Positions 1 through 14,246 are shown, counted from the stretch's first letter. The stretch is 64,000 nucleotides of DNA from Octopus sinensis (GCF_006345805.1 NC_043007.1:41478001-41542000), one strand, 5' to 3'. Notes: generated from the sequence alone by a model not told the origin. Translations and numbers: made by a program.

Positions 1-420
1 CCATTTTCTATGCTGGCATGGGTTGGACAGTTTGATCAGAGCTGGCAAGCAGGAGAGCCGCACCAGGTTCCAGTTTGATTTAGCCTGGTTTCTATGTCTG
101 GATTCCTTTCTTAAAGCCAACCACTTTACAGTCAGTGTGTGCTGGGTGCTTTTAACATGGCACTGACACGAGTACTTTTACATGGCACTGGCCCAGGACT
201 CTTGCAGGCCAATCCCCTTCATCAGGGGGAGTGACCTTAACATTTCAGCTGTGGAGGTTCTTCTGGAGTACAGTAAGGTGCCAAATAACTTGGTCCTTTG
301 TTGTCTCCTCTGAAAGGCTCAGTGTCCCAAGGTCATCCTTCAGTACTTTGTCCCTGTCTTCCTGGGTCTCCCTCTTCCACAAGTTCCATCCATTGCAGTT
401 AACTCCCTTTAAATAATTAC
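1..420 (-). mobile_element. RTE-clade LINE 3' end (RT C-terminus plus 3'UTR)
   Basis: Minus strand reads approximately MDGTCGRGRPRK...DDLGTLSLSEETTKDQVIW across frameshifts, the RTE C-terminal GRGRPRKTW motif; the UTR matches other copies at 10660 and 28850. Confidence 0.75.
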
Positions 421-841
421 TTCCATACGTTGACGTGTTTTAATGTACTCTGGATTGCTGAACTAATTAGTTCTATACTCTTTCCATCCAGGCCTTTATA
501 CATCATCTGCTGATTCATCTACTCATCACTTAGAAGGTTTGGTACCTATTTCCAGCAAAAATTACGAGAAAGGTTGTCTGCAGAATGCAGTGTCATGCCC
601 AGAGTCACTGGAACATTTTTGTTAGGTTTTTTTCAGCCGCTTGTGCCTAACTGAACATAATTAAACTTTCACCTTCATAAATATTTTCTTGATATGCTTA
701 CCTTGATAACATTTCTCATGCTCCCTTCAAATAGATCCTTATTTGAACATGATGTGTTCATCTGCTGTAAGTCATTTTAGGGGCTCATCTGAATAAGTCA
801 ACACCTGCTGTTTTGCAAAGGGGTGTTGCTCTGTCTATTTG

Positions 842-872
<31 letters not shown>

Positions 873-992
873 CATGAACATACGTTATATGAATTTGTGT
901 GACACTGTGAAATTTGGTTTATGGATGTGTGTTATGTGCTCACACTGGGTGTGTGTGAGTTGTGTGTACATTGAAAGCTAGCTCTCTCTCTC

Positions 993-1044
<52 letters not shown>

Positions 1045-1789
1045 CATCCTGAGAGTGTGACTGTCGTGCATGCACAGTATATGTGCATTTTCTTTATGTT
1101 TTATGTATATAGGAAGTGCACTTGCCTGCTGTACTCAGCCCAATTAGTTATTCATAAATAGATAAAAGTATGCAAGCAGATGAAATAAACAATTTTGCTT
1201 TGAGGCAGAACCCTTCCATGACTTCATATATTCATATGCCACTCACTGCTTCATGAAGATGGGATGTGATCATTTTATGTTTTAAGTTGTTGTACTGAGT
1301 TCAAATCTTCCTTTGATTGCTGCTTGGAGGGGGATGAACTTAGTCAAATTGAATTATCTGAGATTCATGATCACAGAAAGAGAAGGTTTTCAAAGGAAAC
1401 TCCGACAACCTATAACTTAGGAAATTCACCCACATGTCCACATTCACAGACATATCTTTCGTCTTTTATCTTTTACTTGTTTCAATCATTAGATTGTAGC
1501 CATGCTGGAGCATCACTTTAAAGAGTTTTAGTCAAGTGAATCAACCCCAGTACTTATATCTTTTTAGGCCTGGTACTTATTTTGTTGGTTTCTTTTGCCG
1601 ACCTACTAAGTTCATATCTACATTAAGGAAACCACTCTCTTACACAACCATACATCTACATCTCACATACTTTCTCTATCTCTCTCTCTCTCTCTCTCTC
1701 TCCTCTTCTCTTTCTCCCTCTCTCTCTCTCTCCCTTTCTCTTTCTTCCTCTCTTTCTCTCTCTCTCTCCCTTTCTCTTTCTCCCTCTCT

Positions 1790-1820
<31 letters not shown>

Positions 1821-1947
1821 AGTCATTTTCACTGCCTTACTTCTTTTCTTTCTGACTATCTCTGACTCACTCAGATCAAAAGCTAAAGAAACTCTCACCC
1901 GTCCACCCATACATGCATCCACATTGATATAGCTACCCAACCCCATA

Positions 1948-1994
<47 letters not shown>

Positions 1995-2745
1995 AACTTA
2001 TTGTATATAGTGCTCAGGTGCTCTACAACTCATCAGAAAAGGTAGCCAAAAGTTCATGTTCAGTACATAGAATAGTACACAAAAAGTCAGAAAAGTGAAT
2101 AGTGAACAAGTCATTTAAAAAAAAAAAGAAGAGAACATAAAGTATAGTTTTGGTGAATTTCAGGAAGCATGAAAGTTTTGAAGGATGTAGTGTCTTGACA
2201 GCTAACAAATGATGTGGGTAGTTTAATCCAAACTTCAGCTATTCTGAATATGAAAAGACATTCCCAAAAGTCATAGATGCTGTGCTGTTTTCTGATTTTG
2301 TGAGCATGTCCAAAGGTGTTAGATATATTGAATTCAAAAAGGTGTCTAAGATTGTTGCTGGAATGATGGTGGATAACCTTGTTGGTATCTATGGAGTCAG
2401 TTGCTGGAATTGGAGCTTTAATGTGTCCATGCCCAGGGAAGCAAGACGTTCAGAGTATGGTAGATGTCTGATGGTGGGTATTAACTTGGCAGCACATTTC
2501 TGAACAGTTTCCATGTGACTGGCATGCTGGGTGATGCAAACTCTAAGTGTGGAGGTTCTTTAACCATATATATAGCTTTAGATAGACGGATGGAGAAAAG
2601 CTGACGAAGATCTTACTGAGTGATGCTAAGACATCCTAGGCCTTCTTGACAATTTTAGAAATGTAGTTTGTCCAATGCAAATTGCTGTTGACAATAATGC
2701 CCAGGTCATGTTCACTAGCAGATTTCTTAAGATTAGTATTGTTTG
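1995..2745 (-). mobile_element. CR1-clade LINE 3' fragment, degraded
   Basis: Minus strand EHDLGIIVNSNLHWTNYISKIVKKA..SLSKIF; the tail matches copies at 50690 and 52833. Confidence 0.75.
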
Positions 2746-2764
2746 TAGAGGGAGTACATAAAAG

Positions 2765-3175
2765 CTGACATGGCTATGTGTAAGAAGCTTGCTTTACAAT
2801 GACAGGATTCTGGGTTCAGTCCCACTGCATGGCACTTTGGGTAAGTCTTCTACTATAGCCTTGAGCTGACCAAGGCCTTGTGAGGGGATTTGGTAGACAG
2901 AAACTGAAAGAAGCCCATCATATATATACATATATAGATATATATATACTTATATATATATATATATATGTCTTTGTGTCTGTTTGTCCCCCTGTTATTG
3001 CTTGATGACCAATGTTGGTCTGTTTATGCTCCTCTCAGCAAAAGAAATCAATAGATTACGTACTAGGCTTACAAAGGATAAGTCCTGGGGTTGATTTCTT
3101 CAACTGAAACCTTTTAAGGTGGTGCTCCAGCATGGCCGCAGTCAAATGACTGAAACAAGTAAAATAATAAAAGAA
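2765..3175 (+). mobile_element. tRNA-derived SINE family A
   Basis: Head catggct..gtaagaagcttgct...ggttcagtcccactg (A/B-box-like), central TA tract, tail cagtcaaatgactgaaacaagtaaaa; many copies in the window. Confidence 0.85.
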
Positions 3176-3186
3176 TATATATATAT

Positions 3187-3225
<39 letters not shown>

Positions 3226-4424
3226 CACATGGAAATCGAAAGAATACTAAAGCCCACACCTGCCTATATTGCCAAATGAACCATGAAGAGAAATAATCTA
3301 ACAACTGTGACTGTCATCTTACCTCAGGTCCTTTCAGTCATCATATTTTAAGGGGTACTATGAAATGAGAAAAAGAGGTAGGAAGAGGAAGACTGTTAAA
3401 GGAGGGTGAGTAGTGGAAAAGGGAAGAGAAAAGAATAACAAAAGGTTTTCTCAGGATGGGTATTATTTCGCAAAGGGAACAATGATATATTGCTTAGCAA
3501 CACTTCATTTTAGGGGTATGCTTGAGTTAGGGAACACCTGCTGTTATATAAAGGGATGTGTATATGTGTTCGTTTGTGTGTGTATGCATGTGTGTGTGTT
3601 CTTTGTGTGAACATTGTGTATGTGTATATGTGTGCACATTGTGTGTGTGCATTTTCTGTGCTTCATGTATGCATGTTGTTGTTTAGCTGTAGGTCAGTAA
3701 TGATTGAACAGAAGTATGATAAAAGGCATTCCAACCGTGACCATCCCAACAGTTTGTTAACATAGGGATTATATTGCTCAACATATACTTTATTTAAAAT
3801 TGTAGCATTTAATTAGTGGGAGATTTGGTTTCTATTTTTAGCAAACTGAGTGACTATATAGAGATGCATTTTGCATGTGTATGTGTTTGTGTGTGTGTGT
3901 GTGTGTGTATGATTGTAATTAAAAGTTCCTAATCATTGAATTATTTTCTTTGTGAAGCAGACTGTATTAATAGTAGCAATATGAGTGGAACATGATGTAT
4001 AGTTGGGAGGTGGAGTGGTGTGATGCTGAGAGCAGGAATATGGTATGGTGTAGTGTAGAGAGTAATAATTCGTCATGGTTTGCTCTAGTGTATTGCACAG
4101 ATGAGGGTATGGTGCAGAGTGGTGTGGTTTAGTATAATGTAGAACATGAAGTGGAACTATGTTTGAAAAAGCTCCAAAATAGCAAATTTTTTTTTTCAGA
4201 TATAATGTCCCAGAAAACATTTTAAAGATTCCCTGGAACTGAACAGTTGTTGCAAGTTTTGTTGGTATTGCCATCTGTGGAAAGTAACTTCAACACTTCA
4301 CCTGCCCTGGGGTGGATGAAAGTGTCAGGAGTAGATTTGTTTTGGTGAAAGCTAGGCTCCCCAAAATGAAATTGTTACAAGTTAGATGATACCAGATTAG
4401 CATCAAATTTATATAAAATTACCT

Positions 4425-4656
4425 ATTTCTTTACTACCCACAAGAGGCTAAACATAGAGAGGATAAACAAGGACAGACAAACAGATTAAGTCGATTATAT
4501 CGACCTCAGTGCGTAACTGGTACTTATTTAATCGACCCCGAAAGGATGAAAGGCAAAATCGACCTCAGCGGAATTTGAACTCAGAACGTAGTGGCAGACG
4601 AAATACTGCTAAGAATTTCACCTGGCGTGCTAACGTTTCTGCCAGCTTGCCACCTT
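4425..4656 (-). mobile_element. SINE family B with 16-bp TSD
   Basis: ggcaagctggcagaaacgttagcacgcc...gttcaaattccg...cctttcatcctttcggggtcg core; TSD ttatataaaattacct at 4409-4424 and 4660-4675. Confidence 0.9.
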
Positions 4657-4730
4657 GTATTATATAAAATTACCTTCATAGTATATGTATATAACCTGCG
4701 CTATCTAAATGTTAATTAAAACAAAATAAG

Positions 4731-5050
4731 TGAAGGCACATGGCTCAGTGGTTAGGGTATTTATCTCATGATCATAAGGTTGTGAGTTTGATTGCTGGGG
4801 GGGTTATTGTGTCCTTGAGCAAGACATTTTATTTCATGTTGCTCCAGTCCACTCAGCTGATAAAAATGAATTGTATTTGTGATTTAAAAGGTCAGCCTTG
4901 TCACATTCTGTGTCACACTGAATCTCCCTTAGAACTGTGTTAAGGGTATGTGTGTCTGTAGAGTACTCAGCCACTTGAACATTAACTTCACGAGTAGCTG
5001 TTCTGTTGATCAGATTAACTGGAACCCTCATAATCATAATTGACATAGTG
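4731..5050 (+). mobile_element. tRNA-derived SINE family C
   Basis: Head gtgaaggcacatggctcagtggttag; body ttgctccagtccactcagctg shared with 14247 and 54770. Confidence 0.8.
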
Positions 5051-7974
5051 CCAGTTAAATGTCTATGAAAAACGTATTAGACTTGAGTCTCAGGTCATGC
5101 TGTTCTGTTCTCTAAATCACTCCATATTCTTGCTCTCTACTGTAAATACACAATCATTTCAAAATAAAGAAAAAGAAAGAAAATTAAAATACAAAGCACT
5201 TCTAGCCCCAAGTATTTTGGATAAAGGATTACTATCTCTCATATAACCGCATGTGTAGGTTTACGTATAATATTATATGTAACTTTCAAATGCCTCAGAC
5301 CATCTAGCTGCAACTTTATACCACCAGCAGAACGAGTATTAGCAGCACTGTAAAATTGCTGAATGTTTCATTAGATTGCTGCTCTAGATTTAACTGTACC
5401 CATTGGCCAGTGATGAGAACAAGAAGGAGAAACAACTCCGATATTCATTTTCAGACCAGACTGCCCTCGTTTAGTCTAGATCCAGTGATCTGGATCTGGA
5501 CTCCTTGGCTGTGATTAAGGGCTGTGTTTGAGAACGGATCTGTAACATCCCTATTCTACATTACAATCTTTATACTCTGGCATCCACCACCAGGTTGATA
5601 TCTCTCTCTTGATTTTGAGGATCCCAAGATAGTATATATAGGTATTTAGGTGTCTATATATGAATGTTTGTTCTGTATATATTCAATGTACTTGCACATT
5701 TGGGATTTGTATCTATGTAATATATATACATATGTGTTGGTTTGTGTGTGTGTGAGTGTTTGTTTTCTGTATATCTCTCTTTTATTGCAATCCTCCGCCT
5801 CATTAGTAAGTAATGCCTTTCCAATTTTGCTACAGTCAAATTTAGAAGATATTATCAAGTCTGTAAATCTCTCTAAGCAAACCCTTCTCTCCTCTTGTTA
5901 TTTTCCTTTCTTCTTTTCTCCACCCTTATTAATAAGTAGAAAGCACCACCAACACCACCAACCCAATTCTCTGTATACAAATATGTGCAGTCTGTTTATA
6001 TAGCAGTAAATATTTGTCATATCAAGATAACTCCGTGGATAACTGGAAGCCATATCACCATCTCACTGGACCCTGATAACATCTTTGGCTAACTTAACTT
6101 CATAAATTGTTTTCACCTGCTTAATTACACAGTATCAGAAGGAGGAGCAAAAGGTACAGATGCAATAGGAGTACTAGCCTATATGTACATACACATTAGA
6201 TATATACACAATGCTACAGTTTTTATCAAACCCAGAAAGATGTAAAGGAAGGTTGATTTCAACTGGATTTAATCTCAGAATGTTGAAGGTATGCAACTAA
6301 ATGCTGCAAGGCATTTTGCTCACCGTTCTCCCAGTTCCGTTCCATTTTAATTGGCACAAAACCAAAATTTGTAAGAAACAAGATTTAATAATTGAACCAA
6401 ACCAAATATTATAACTAGTATTAATTTTTATCAATTCCTTAAGGATGAAAAGCAGAGTGAACTCCTGCAAAATTTCAATCACTAAAGGAGTAGAGAGACA
6501 AATATGGTAAGGCTTTTAATTTCATGCTGTGCCATTTCTGAAATTTCACTGTCTTGGTCTGATGCTTTTCATTCATTTTTTTTTTTTCTTTGATTAAGTA
6601 AAAGATCATATATATATTATATGTAAAGAAGAAGAAATGAGATGCTAGGATTTTCATGCTTTTCTAAAAGACATTAGCACTGTAACAGAAAGAAATGAAC
6701 TCAAAGGAAAATCAAAACTGGGTCATAGAGCCTCCACCCACCTTGTGATTGCCTCTGAGTCTACAGCAGTGAATTTGGTCTGCGTTTTAATGTTAAGCTA
6801 TGAATAGGGTTGTGGATTGGCAGAACTGATAGAGCAATTAATAAAGTAATAAAGTGCCTTGTGGTATTTGGTTACATCTCAAATAGATATATGTATAACA
6901 ATGAATAGTTAGTGTTTGATTTTCTCTATAGTAAAGAATTATGCTGAATAACTTATATCATTGTCCTCCTCCTCATCATCACTTTATCATTTTACATCTA
7001 CTTTCTTTGTTGGCCTGGGTTGGGATAGGTTGTCATAATCTGAGTCTGCTCTTATTCAGAATTACTGTTCTTCTAGATCAATTAAGGACCATGTTTTGTT
7101 TATACATTTTTTTTCTTGGTTTCTACAGCAGGAAGCCCATTTCTAACATTGATCTCTTTATAGAACATATTGGGTGCATTTTAGCACGTCACTGACCCAT
7201 AAGAGATTGTTGACATTCTCTACCAGGCTGAAGGATCCTTTGGACCATGTGTTGTCTCTTCTTGATCAGTATTCACTTTACAGTGTATATTTGGTGTATT
7301 TCATAATGACACCAACTTTAATGTTCTACCCCATAAGACTAAAAAGCCTTCACTACTTTATGCTGTGCTATTTTCTCAATGCAAAAGGACCAAGAGGTTA
7401 GGCAGAGACAGTGATAACAGAAAATCAGGACAATCGTGAGAAGGTTACAAGAGTATAATGCTAGAGACAGAGTGACTGTGGTAAGGGCTGAGAGAGGAAG
7501 AGAATGAGGACTGTTAGTTCATTAGGTTGTGGGGAGTGTATTGAGTATGGAATAGTGGTAGAAGGAATTGAGGACAGGTAGGTACAGTGGCATGGCACTG
7601 TAAGAGGAAAACAGATTAGTATTAGAAAAATGAGATGGCTAGACAAGTCTAGTGATGACTACAGAGGATGCATGGTACAATGAATAAGAGAGATTCACTA
7701 ATATCTTTAGTTATACTGGCAACATACTTCAGTGAATTAGAGAGAGAAAATGTGGGAGAGAGAGGATAAAAGGTGTGTGATATACTGATGAATAATAGGG
7801 AAGTAAGAGGTCATTAAGAGGCAGAGCAGGCAGCAGATGGATATTCAACAGGTACATGTTGGCTGAGAGATCCAAATATTGATATATTATAATATACCCA
7901 GCCTCCATCACAATCAACATTTCAATATTTGCTTCACCGTGTTTACAGGAGTTGCTAAGTCCTCCCCAACACTG

Positions 7975-8300
7975 CTTATCACCAATCATCATAGTTCTTT
8001 GTCATCTTTTTCTTAAAGCTCAGCATCTTGAGATCAATCTTCACCACTTTATTACATATCTTCCTTGATCTCATTCTTCCACAGATTCTGTCCACATCAA
8101 GGACCCTAAACTTCTTTATAAAACTGACATCCTCTATTTGCATAACATGTCCATACCAGTAATGTCTTCTCTTCTCTAGCACACATCTTAGTCCGATTCT
8201 TCTTATACACACCTTTTCTTTTACCTCATTCATACATGCTTATCTTACACATCCAGTAAAACTTACTTGCTTAATTACCTCCATTGACATTATGAATTCA
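7975..8300 (-). mobile_element. RTE LINE C-terminal fragment
   Basis: ORF 7979..8233: RRHYWYGHVMQIEDVSFIKK...CGRMRSRKICNKVVKIDL, a decayed RLRWYGHV...GRGRPRKTW motif. Confidence 0.75.
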
Positions 8301-8899
8301 AATCCCATAGAATATCACTTTGGTTTAACATCCTGCCCTTGGATTTATTTGGTTGTATATTTCTCCCAATAAAATTTCCATTGAGTAGCTTAATTTGATC
8401 AGTTTAAGTTCATCTATGGCATGAAGCTTTCTGAATGAATGGTTACCAGCAACCTCTAATGTTCAGCAGCACAATATATATATATATACAAATATAAAAT
8501 ATCCAGTTAGTTGGTTGAACTTCAGTGAGCAGTGTTGAGAAGAACCTGCACATACCTGTAAGCATGGTGAGAAAAATTCTGAAATATTAGTAATGATGTA
8601 GACTGAATAATATTTCTCTCACCTAATATATCCCTATTAAGCCTGCATTGACTACCTGTCCTGTCTCTGGATACCTTCTCACCTGTTTATTATTTATCTC
8701 CCTATATATCATTCACCCTCTCTCCTATTCACCGTACTATACTGCCCATGTAACTATGTCCACCAATCAGTCACTCCTATCCTCTGAACTATGTTTCCTG
8801 TGCAAAGATCATTAGACCTGTCTTGACTATCTCATTTCCAGTGTTCAGTTAGATGTGGCTATCTAGTTTTCTTGTGTGAGTAGGTTGTTCTAAAACTGA

Positions 8900-9131
8900 C
8901 AAGGTGGTGAACTGGCAGAAACGTTAGCATGCCGGGCGAAATGCGTAGCCGTATTTTGTCTGCCGTTAAGTTCTGAGTTCAAATTCCGCCGAGGTCGACT
9001 TTACCTTTCATCCTTTCGGGGTCGATTAAATAAGTACCAGTTACACACTGGGGTCAATATAATCAACTTAATCCATTTGTCTGTCCTTGTTTGTCCCCTC
9101 TATGTTTAACCCCTTGTGGGTAGTAAAGAAA
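8900..9131 (+). mobile_element. SINE family B with perfect 17-bp TSD
   Basis: Full-length copy; TSD taggttgttctaaaact at 8881-8897 and 9132-9148. Confidence 0.92.
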
Positions 9132-9177
9132 TAGGTTGTTCTAAAACTTAGGGCTTATAGAACAAGTGGTTCACAAT

Positions 9178-9460
9178 TTAAACCTTTTGCTTTTTTCTGT
9201 TTAAATACATTGCTTTTGTTTCAATTAACTTTGAAAATAATAAAAAATTTAGTAAAATAACTTTGTCATTGTAAAGCTGGTGTTTGGAGCATAAATTTAC
9301 ATAAAATTTTGAAGGAAGGTTTTAATTTGATCACTTTAAAGCAAGAAGCATGTATCACAGAACATAAATTTAGGTAAAATTTTGATGGAAGATTTTAATT
9401 TAGATCACATTAAAATGAGAACCAGGACAATCTTGGGCATGTTAGTATCAGTAAGATTAA
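9178..9460 (+). mobile_element. piggyBac-like MITE (degraded, internal duplication)
   Basis: Body gaatttagtaaaataactttgtcatt..aagctggtgtttgg shared with 13827, 37270-37480, 51385-51590, 58990-59215 and 63585-63730. Confidence 0.55.
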
Positions 9461-10199
9461 AGACAGCATTGCTGCCTGTCAAGGAAGGTTTGGTTTCCAT
9501 GACAATCATTTCAAGTGACTATATTGAAACTTACTAGCTTGTAATATCAGCTGTTAGTGTAGAAAATGATGACATCATAGTGCTTATTCATATGACTGCT
9601 TTTAAGAATATTTGCCTTCACTGACCTCTGGCTAACAATAGCCATTCAAGAAATGTCCATAACAAATAACAAACCTCTAATCAAAATAATTGCTCCATGA
9701 GGTGGGATGATGATATATAGGTAAGAGTGTCTTTTAAAGAGAAGTTAAAAAGCCTCTATCAGCACCACCACCACCACCACTACCACTATCACTACTGTCA
9801 TCATCATCACTACCACGACAACCTGTTTTTTTTTTAATTCAGAGGGATGTTACAGAGGACATACCAGTTTTACAAAAAAATATATGCTATACATGTGATT
9901 TTCTTTAGCTAATGAGCCAACATTCCACTTCCCCCTCCAGCCATGACCCCCTCCAGCCAATCAACAGTTGACCACTTCCAGATGCTGCTCCTGTTATTAA
10001 GAAGCCTGATGTGAAAAAAAATATATCAACATTCTATTAGAAAAGTAAAGTGCACATTGATTTTTTTACAAAACAATGATCTCATGGGAGCAATAGTTTC
10101 CATTTGTACTGGCTCTTTATAAATGTGTGTGTGTGTGTGAGTCTGTGCATGTGCATATGTATGCATGTCTGTGTGTGCATGCATATGTGTGTGTATATA

Positions 10200-11545
10200 T
10201 AGGCACAGGCATGGCTGTGTGGTAAGAAGCTTGCTTTCCAACCACATGGTTCCAGGTTCAGTCCCCCTCTGTGGCACCTTGGGCAAGTGTTTTCTACTAA
10301 CAACTCATGCCAACCAAAGCCTTGTAAGTGAATTTGGTAGACAGAAACTGAAAGAGGCCCATCATATATATATATATATATATATAGGCGGTAAGCTGGC
10401 AGAAACGTTAGCACGCCGGGCGAAATGCGTAGCCGTATTTCGTCTGCCGTTACATTCTGAGTTCAAATTCCGCCAAGGTCGACTTTGCCTTTCATCCTTT
10501 CGGAGTTGATAAATTAAGTACCAGTTACGCACTGGGGTCGATGTAATTGACTTAATCCGTTTGTCTCTCCTTGTTTGTCCCTCTCTGTGTTTAGCCCCTT
10601 GTGGGTAGTAAAGAAATGTATATATATATATAAACCTTCTTATATATATATATACATTATCATCATCATTGTTTAATGTCCATTTTCCATGCTGCTATGG
10701 GTTGGACTGTTTGACTGAGGTCTGGAGAGCCAGCAGCTGCACCAGGCTCCAATCTGATCTGGCAATGTTTCTACAGCTGGATGCCCTTCCTAATGGCAAC
10801 CACTCTGAGAGTGTAGTGGGTGCTTTTTATGTGCCACTGGCACAGGAGCCAGTCAGGCAGGCCTGGCATCAATCACATTTGGAAAGTGCTTTTTACATGC
10901 CACCGGCGAGGGAGTCAGTGGGTACTGGCATCAGCCATATTCAGATGTTGCTTTTTACATGCCACCAGCACAGGAGCCAGTCAGGTGGACCTGACATTGA
11001 CCATGTTCGAATGGTGCTTTTTACATGCCACCAGCATGGGAGCCAGTCAAGGGACACTGGCATCGACCACATTCAGATGATGCATTTTACATGCCACCAG
11101 AATGGTTGCCAGTCAAAAGGCACTGGCCATGGTTATGATTTTGGTTTTACTTGACTCAACAGGTCTTCTCAAGCATATCATATTGCCTGACGCATCAAGG
11201 GTACTCTTAAATGGGCTGGACATGCAACACTGTTCACTTTGTAATGTACAGCATCTTGGACAAGTATCTTCTTCTATAGCCCAAGCTGACCAATGCAGTG
11301 CGAATGAGTTTGACAGATGAAAACTGAGGGGAAGCTTGTTATATGTGTGTGTGTTTGTGTTCTCTACCCTGCTGCTTTACAATGGGTGTTGGTTTGTTTA
11401 TGTCCCATGACTTTACAGTCTGGTAAAAAGAGACTGGTAGAAGAATCAACCGACATAAAGCAAATACTGGGTTGATTTATTCAACTAAACCCTTCATGGC
11501 AGAGGCCAGCTCGGCCCCATTCCAATTACTGAAATAAGTAAAGTA
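10200..11545. mobile_element. Nested stack: SINE A head (10200-10365), SINE B (10386-10616), RTE-type 3'UTR (10660-11220, -), SINE A remnant (11240-11545)
   Basis: Each part is recognisable from other copies in the window; junctions lie in TA and CAT microsatellites. Confidence 0.75.
10820..11110. repeat. About 4.5 copies of a 62-66 bp tandem subrepeat inside the RTE-type UTR
   Basis: Unit gtgctttttacatgccaccagcacaggagccagtcagg..ctggcatcgaccacattcagatg recurs at about 10820, 10886, 10948, 11014 and 11080. Confidence 0.8.
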
Positions 11546-11562
11546 AATGAAAGAAAATATAT

Positions 11563-11611
<49 letters not shown>

Positions 11612-11706
11612 TATGTATATATATACACATATATATATATATATTTATATATATATGTATATGTATATATATACACACACACATATATATATATATATTA
11701 TATATT

Positions 11707-11738
<32 letters not shown>

Positions 11739-11782
11739 GTATATGTATATATATACACATATATATATATATATATACATAC

Positions 11783-11822
<40 letters not shown>

Positions 11823-13826
11823 TTGCATGTGTATGTACATGTATTTTTGTATGCATATATGTATGTATGCATAGATAGATGTGGATGGGTAAATGGTTGG
11901 GTGTGTTTATGTATATATACATGTATGTATGTAAGCACCATGGAACACATGAATTAAATCAATATAAGAATATATATATTTATCTCAGCTCTAAAATATT
12001 TTGGTGGGGTGGTGGTGATTATAACCCCCCTACAGTGAATGCACAAGCCTTACAACCTAAGGGAAGCAATTTTCATTTAGTTGGGACTCATTCAGCTATG
12101 GTAACACTCAGAAGCATGCATGCATGATTACATAGCCAGACTGTTTATCTATTAGCAGATATCCACAGTACATCAGCTGGTGCTGTGAACTTACTCTCAC
12201 TCTCCCCTCTCTCTCTCTCCCTCTCTCCCTCCCTCACAGACACACACACACATTAATAGCCTAGTTAAATTAGTTTTATTGCTGTGTGTAGTACTCAAAA
12301 TAGTTTAAGGGAGCCTTCATGAGAACATGTAACTAAGACACTGTAACAATTCTAAATACTGCCTCACTTTGGTTAAGGTTGTAATTCTTATAGAGGTAAG
12401 AATTGAAAAGGGGACAGACAAATTGACGTATATCGTGAAATAAGATAGGTTTTAAATGTTTTGACTTTGTCCAACATTGTAGTAAAGAAAGAAGAATGTA
12501 TGAATACAAAACCCAATTTTGTCTACTCATTAATAAAGAGTGAAGAATAGGGAATTTCACCACTATATTTTAGTGGGTGAGGCTAGAATTTGTTAATTTG
12601 AGGACCACTGGTTTTAGGAACACATGATCAGAATGAGATAGAACTAGATCACCATCATCATCATCATTATCATCAACATTTAATGTCCATTTTCCATACT
12701 GGCATGGATTGGATGGCTTGACAGGAATTGGCATGGTTAGGGGCCACACCAGGTTCCATAGTCTGTTTTGACTTGGTTTCTATGGCTAGATGTCCTCCTA
12801 ATGCCAACTACTCTACAGAATGTACTGGGCATTTTTTATGTGGCACCATTACCAGTGCTTTTTATGTGAAACTAGTACCCACATCAATTCTTTTTTGTGT
12901 GGCATCAAAACCCGTACCAATGCTTTTTACATGGTACCAGCACCCACACCAATGCTTATTAGGTAGCACCTTGGTTTTAAGATCTGAATTCTGTTGTGGT
13001 GGGTAGGTCTTTTTGAGTACAGCTGTGTGTCACATATCTCGGTCCTCTGTCATCTCCTTTTGAAATTAACTCTAAAAAGGATTAACCAGATTAAAAAGTT
13101 ATATTGAAATAGTCCTTCTACCTCTTGTAACTTTTTTCTTGTCATTTTAAAAATTCCATTCAGATTTCCACAGGGTCAGACAAGATGGATGCATATGCAA
13201 CATGCTCTCAAAAAAGTAATTCTAACTTGCTAGTCCCTAATTTGAAACTGGTACTCATTCTTAGGGGTTATTCTGTTGTGTAATCTGAATTTGTAATCTG
13301 CGTACCCCACTCAAACCCACACCCTGCTCTTATTCTTACTCCTTCTCAAACTCATCATTCAAGTTCTTTATCTTACATTGTTTCTTTTTTTTTGTGCCCC
13401 TAAATTAAATACCATACCATCACAGCACCTGCTATTTATGCACCCATAACTCACCCCATGTTCTAGGTATTCCCAAAACTTTTAATCTCCCCCTCTCTCT
13501 CTCCCCTCTTGCCCTCCTCTTTCTACAACATCTGTTTGTTGTCTTTATCTTCAGAAGTATAAATCAATGAGGAATATTTCCAAACATGTCATTCACCATA
13601 TGTCTGTCTGTTAGTCTTCAGCATGAAAATGACAAATTGATGAATAAGTTCTGTTATTGTTGAAGGAAGGTTAACAACAAAAAAAATGTTCTGTTTTGTT
13701 TGTTATTTTCTGTTTCATTTATGTCACACCACAACATGAACAGACAATTCCTACAAACTTATTTACTCTTGTTACCATATTTTTGTTGAAATACCTTACT
13801 GTTGTTTCAGTTAATTTTTGTAATTA

Positions 13827-14055
13827 TTAACCCTTATGTTACCATATTTATTTTGAGATGTTTTGTGTTTTGTTCAATTAATTTTAAATATAACAAAGAA
13901 TTTAGTAAAATAACTTAGTTATCATTAAGCTACTGTTAGGAACATAAATTGTGACTAAGGTTTGGTGGAAGATTTTAATTCAAAACTTATGAAAACAAGA
14001 CATTTGTACTATTGAGCCAGAGCCGGTTTCAGTCGGGTGGTATTGAGAAGGTTAA
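13827..14055 (+). mobile_element. piggyBac-like MITE
   Basis: ttaa|ccctt...gaagg|ttaa: TTAA flanks at 13827-13830 and 14052-14055 with short, decayed CCC-type termini. Confidence 0.6.
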
Positions 14056-14246
14056 GCTGGCGTAAAGTGGTGAGCTGGCAGAATCATTAGTTTGCTGGAC
14101 AGAAAATGCCTGGCAGCATTTCACTTGTCTTTACATTCTGAGTTCAAATTCTCCAGAGATCAGCTTTGGCTCTCATCCTTTCAAGATCAATAAAATAAGT
14201 AGCAGTCAAATACTGGGATCAATGTTATTGTCTAGTGTCTATATTA

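Noticed and set aside
3323-3357. 35-nt minus segment with strong acceptor and donor
   Set aside because: It has stops in all three frames and no supporting context.
4731-4810. tRNA-like sequences (also at 14440-14513, 41300-41371 and 55010-55080)
   Set aside because: They are SINE heads: A/B boxes are present, but they continue into shared SINE bodies, some with TSDs, and lack a complete cloverleaf.
10669-11154. 161-aa ORF with internal repeats
   Set aside because: It lies entirely within the RTE-type 3'UTR subrepeat found elsewhere in the window.
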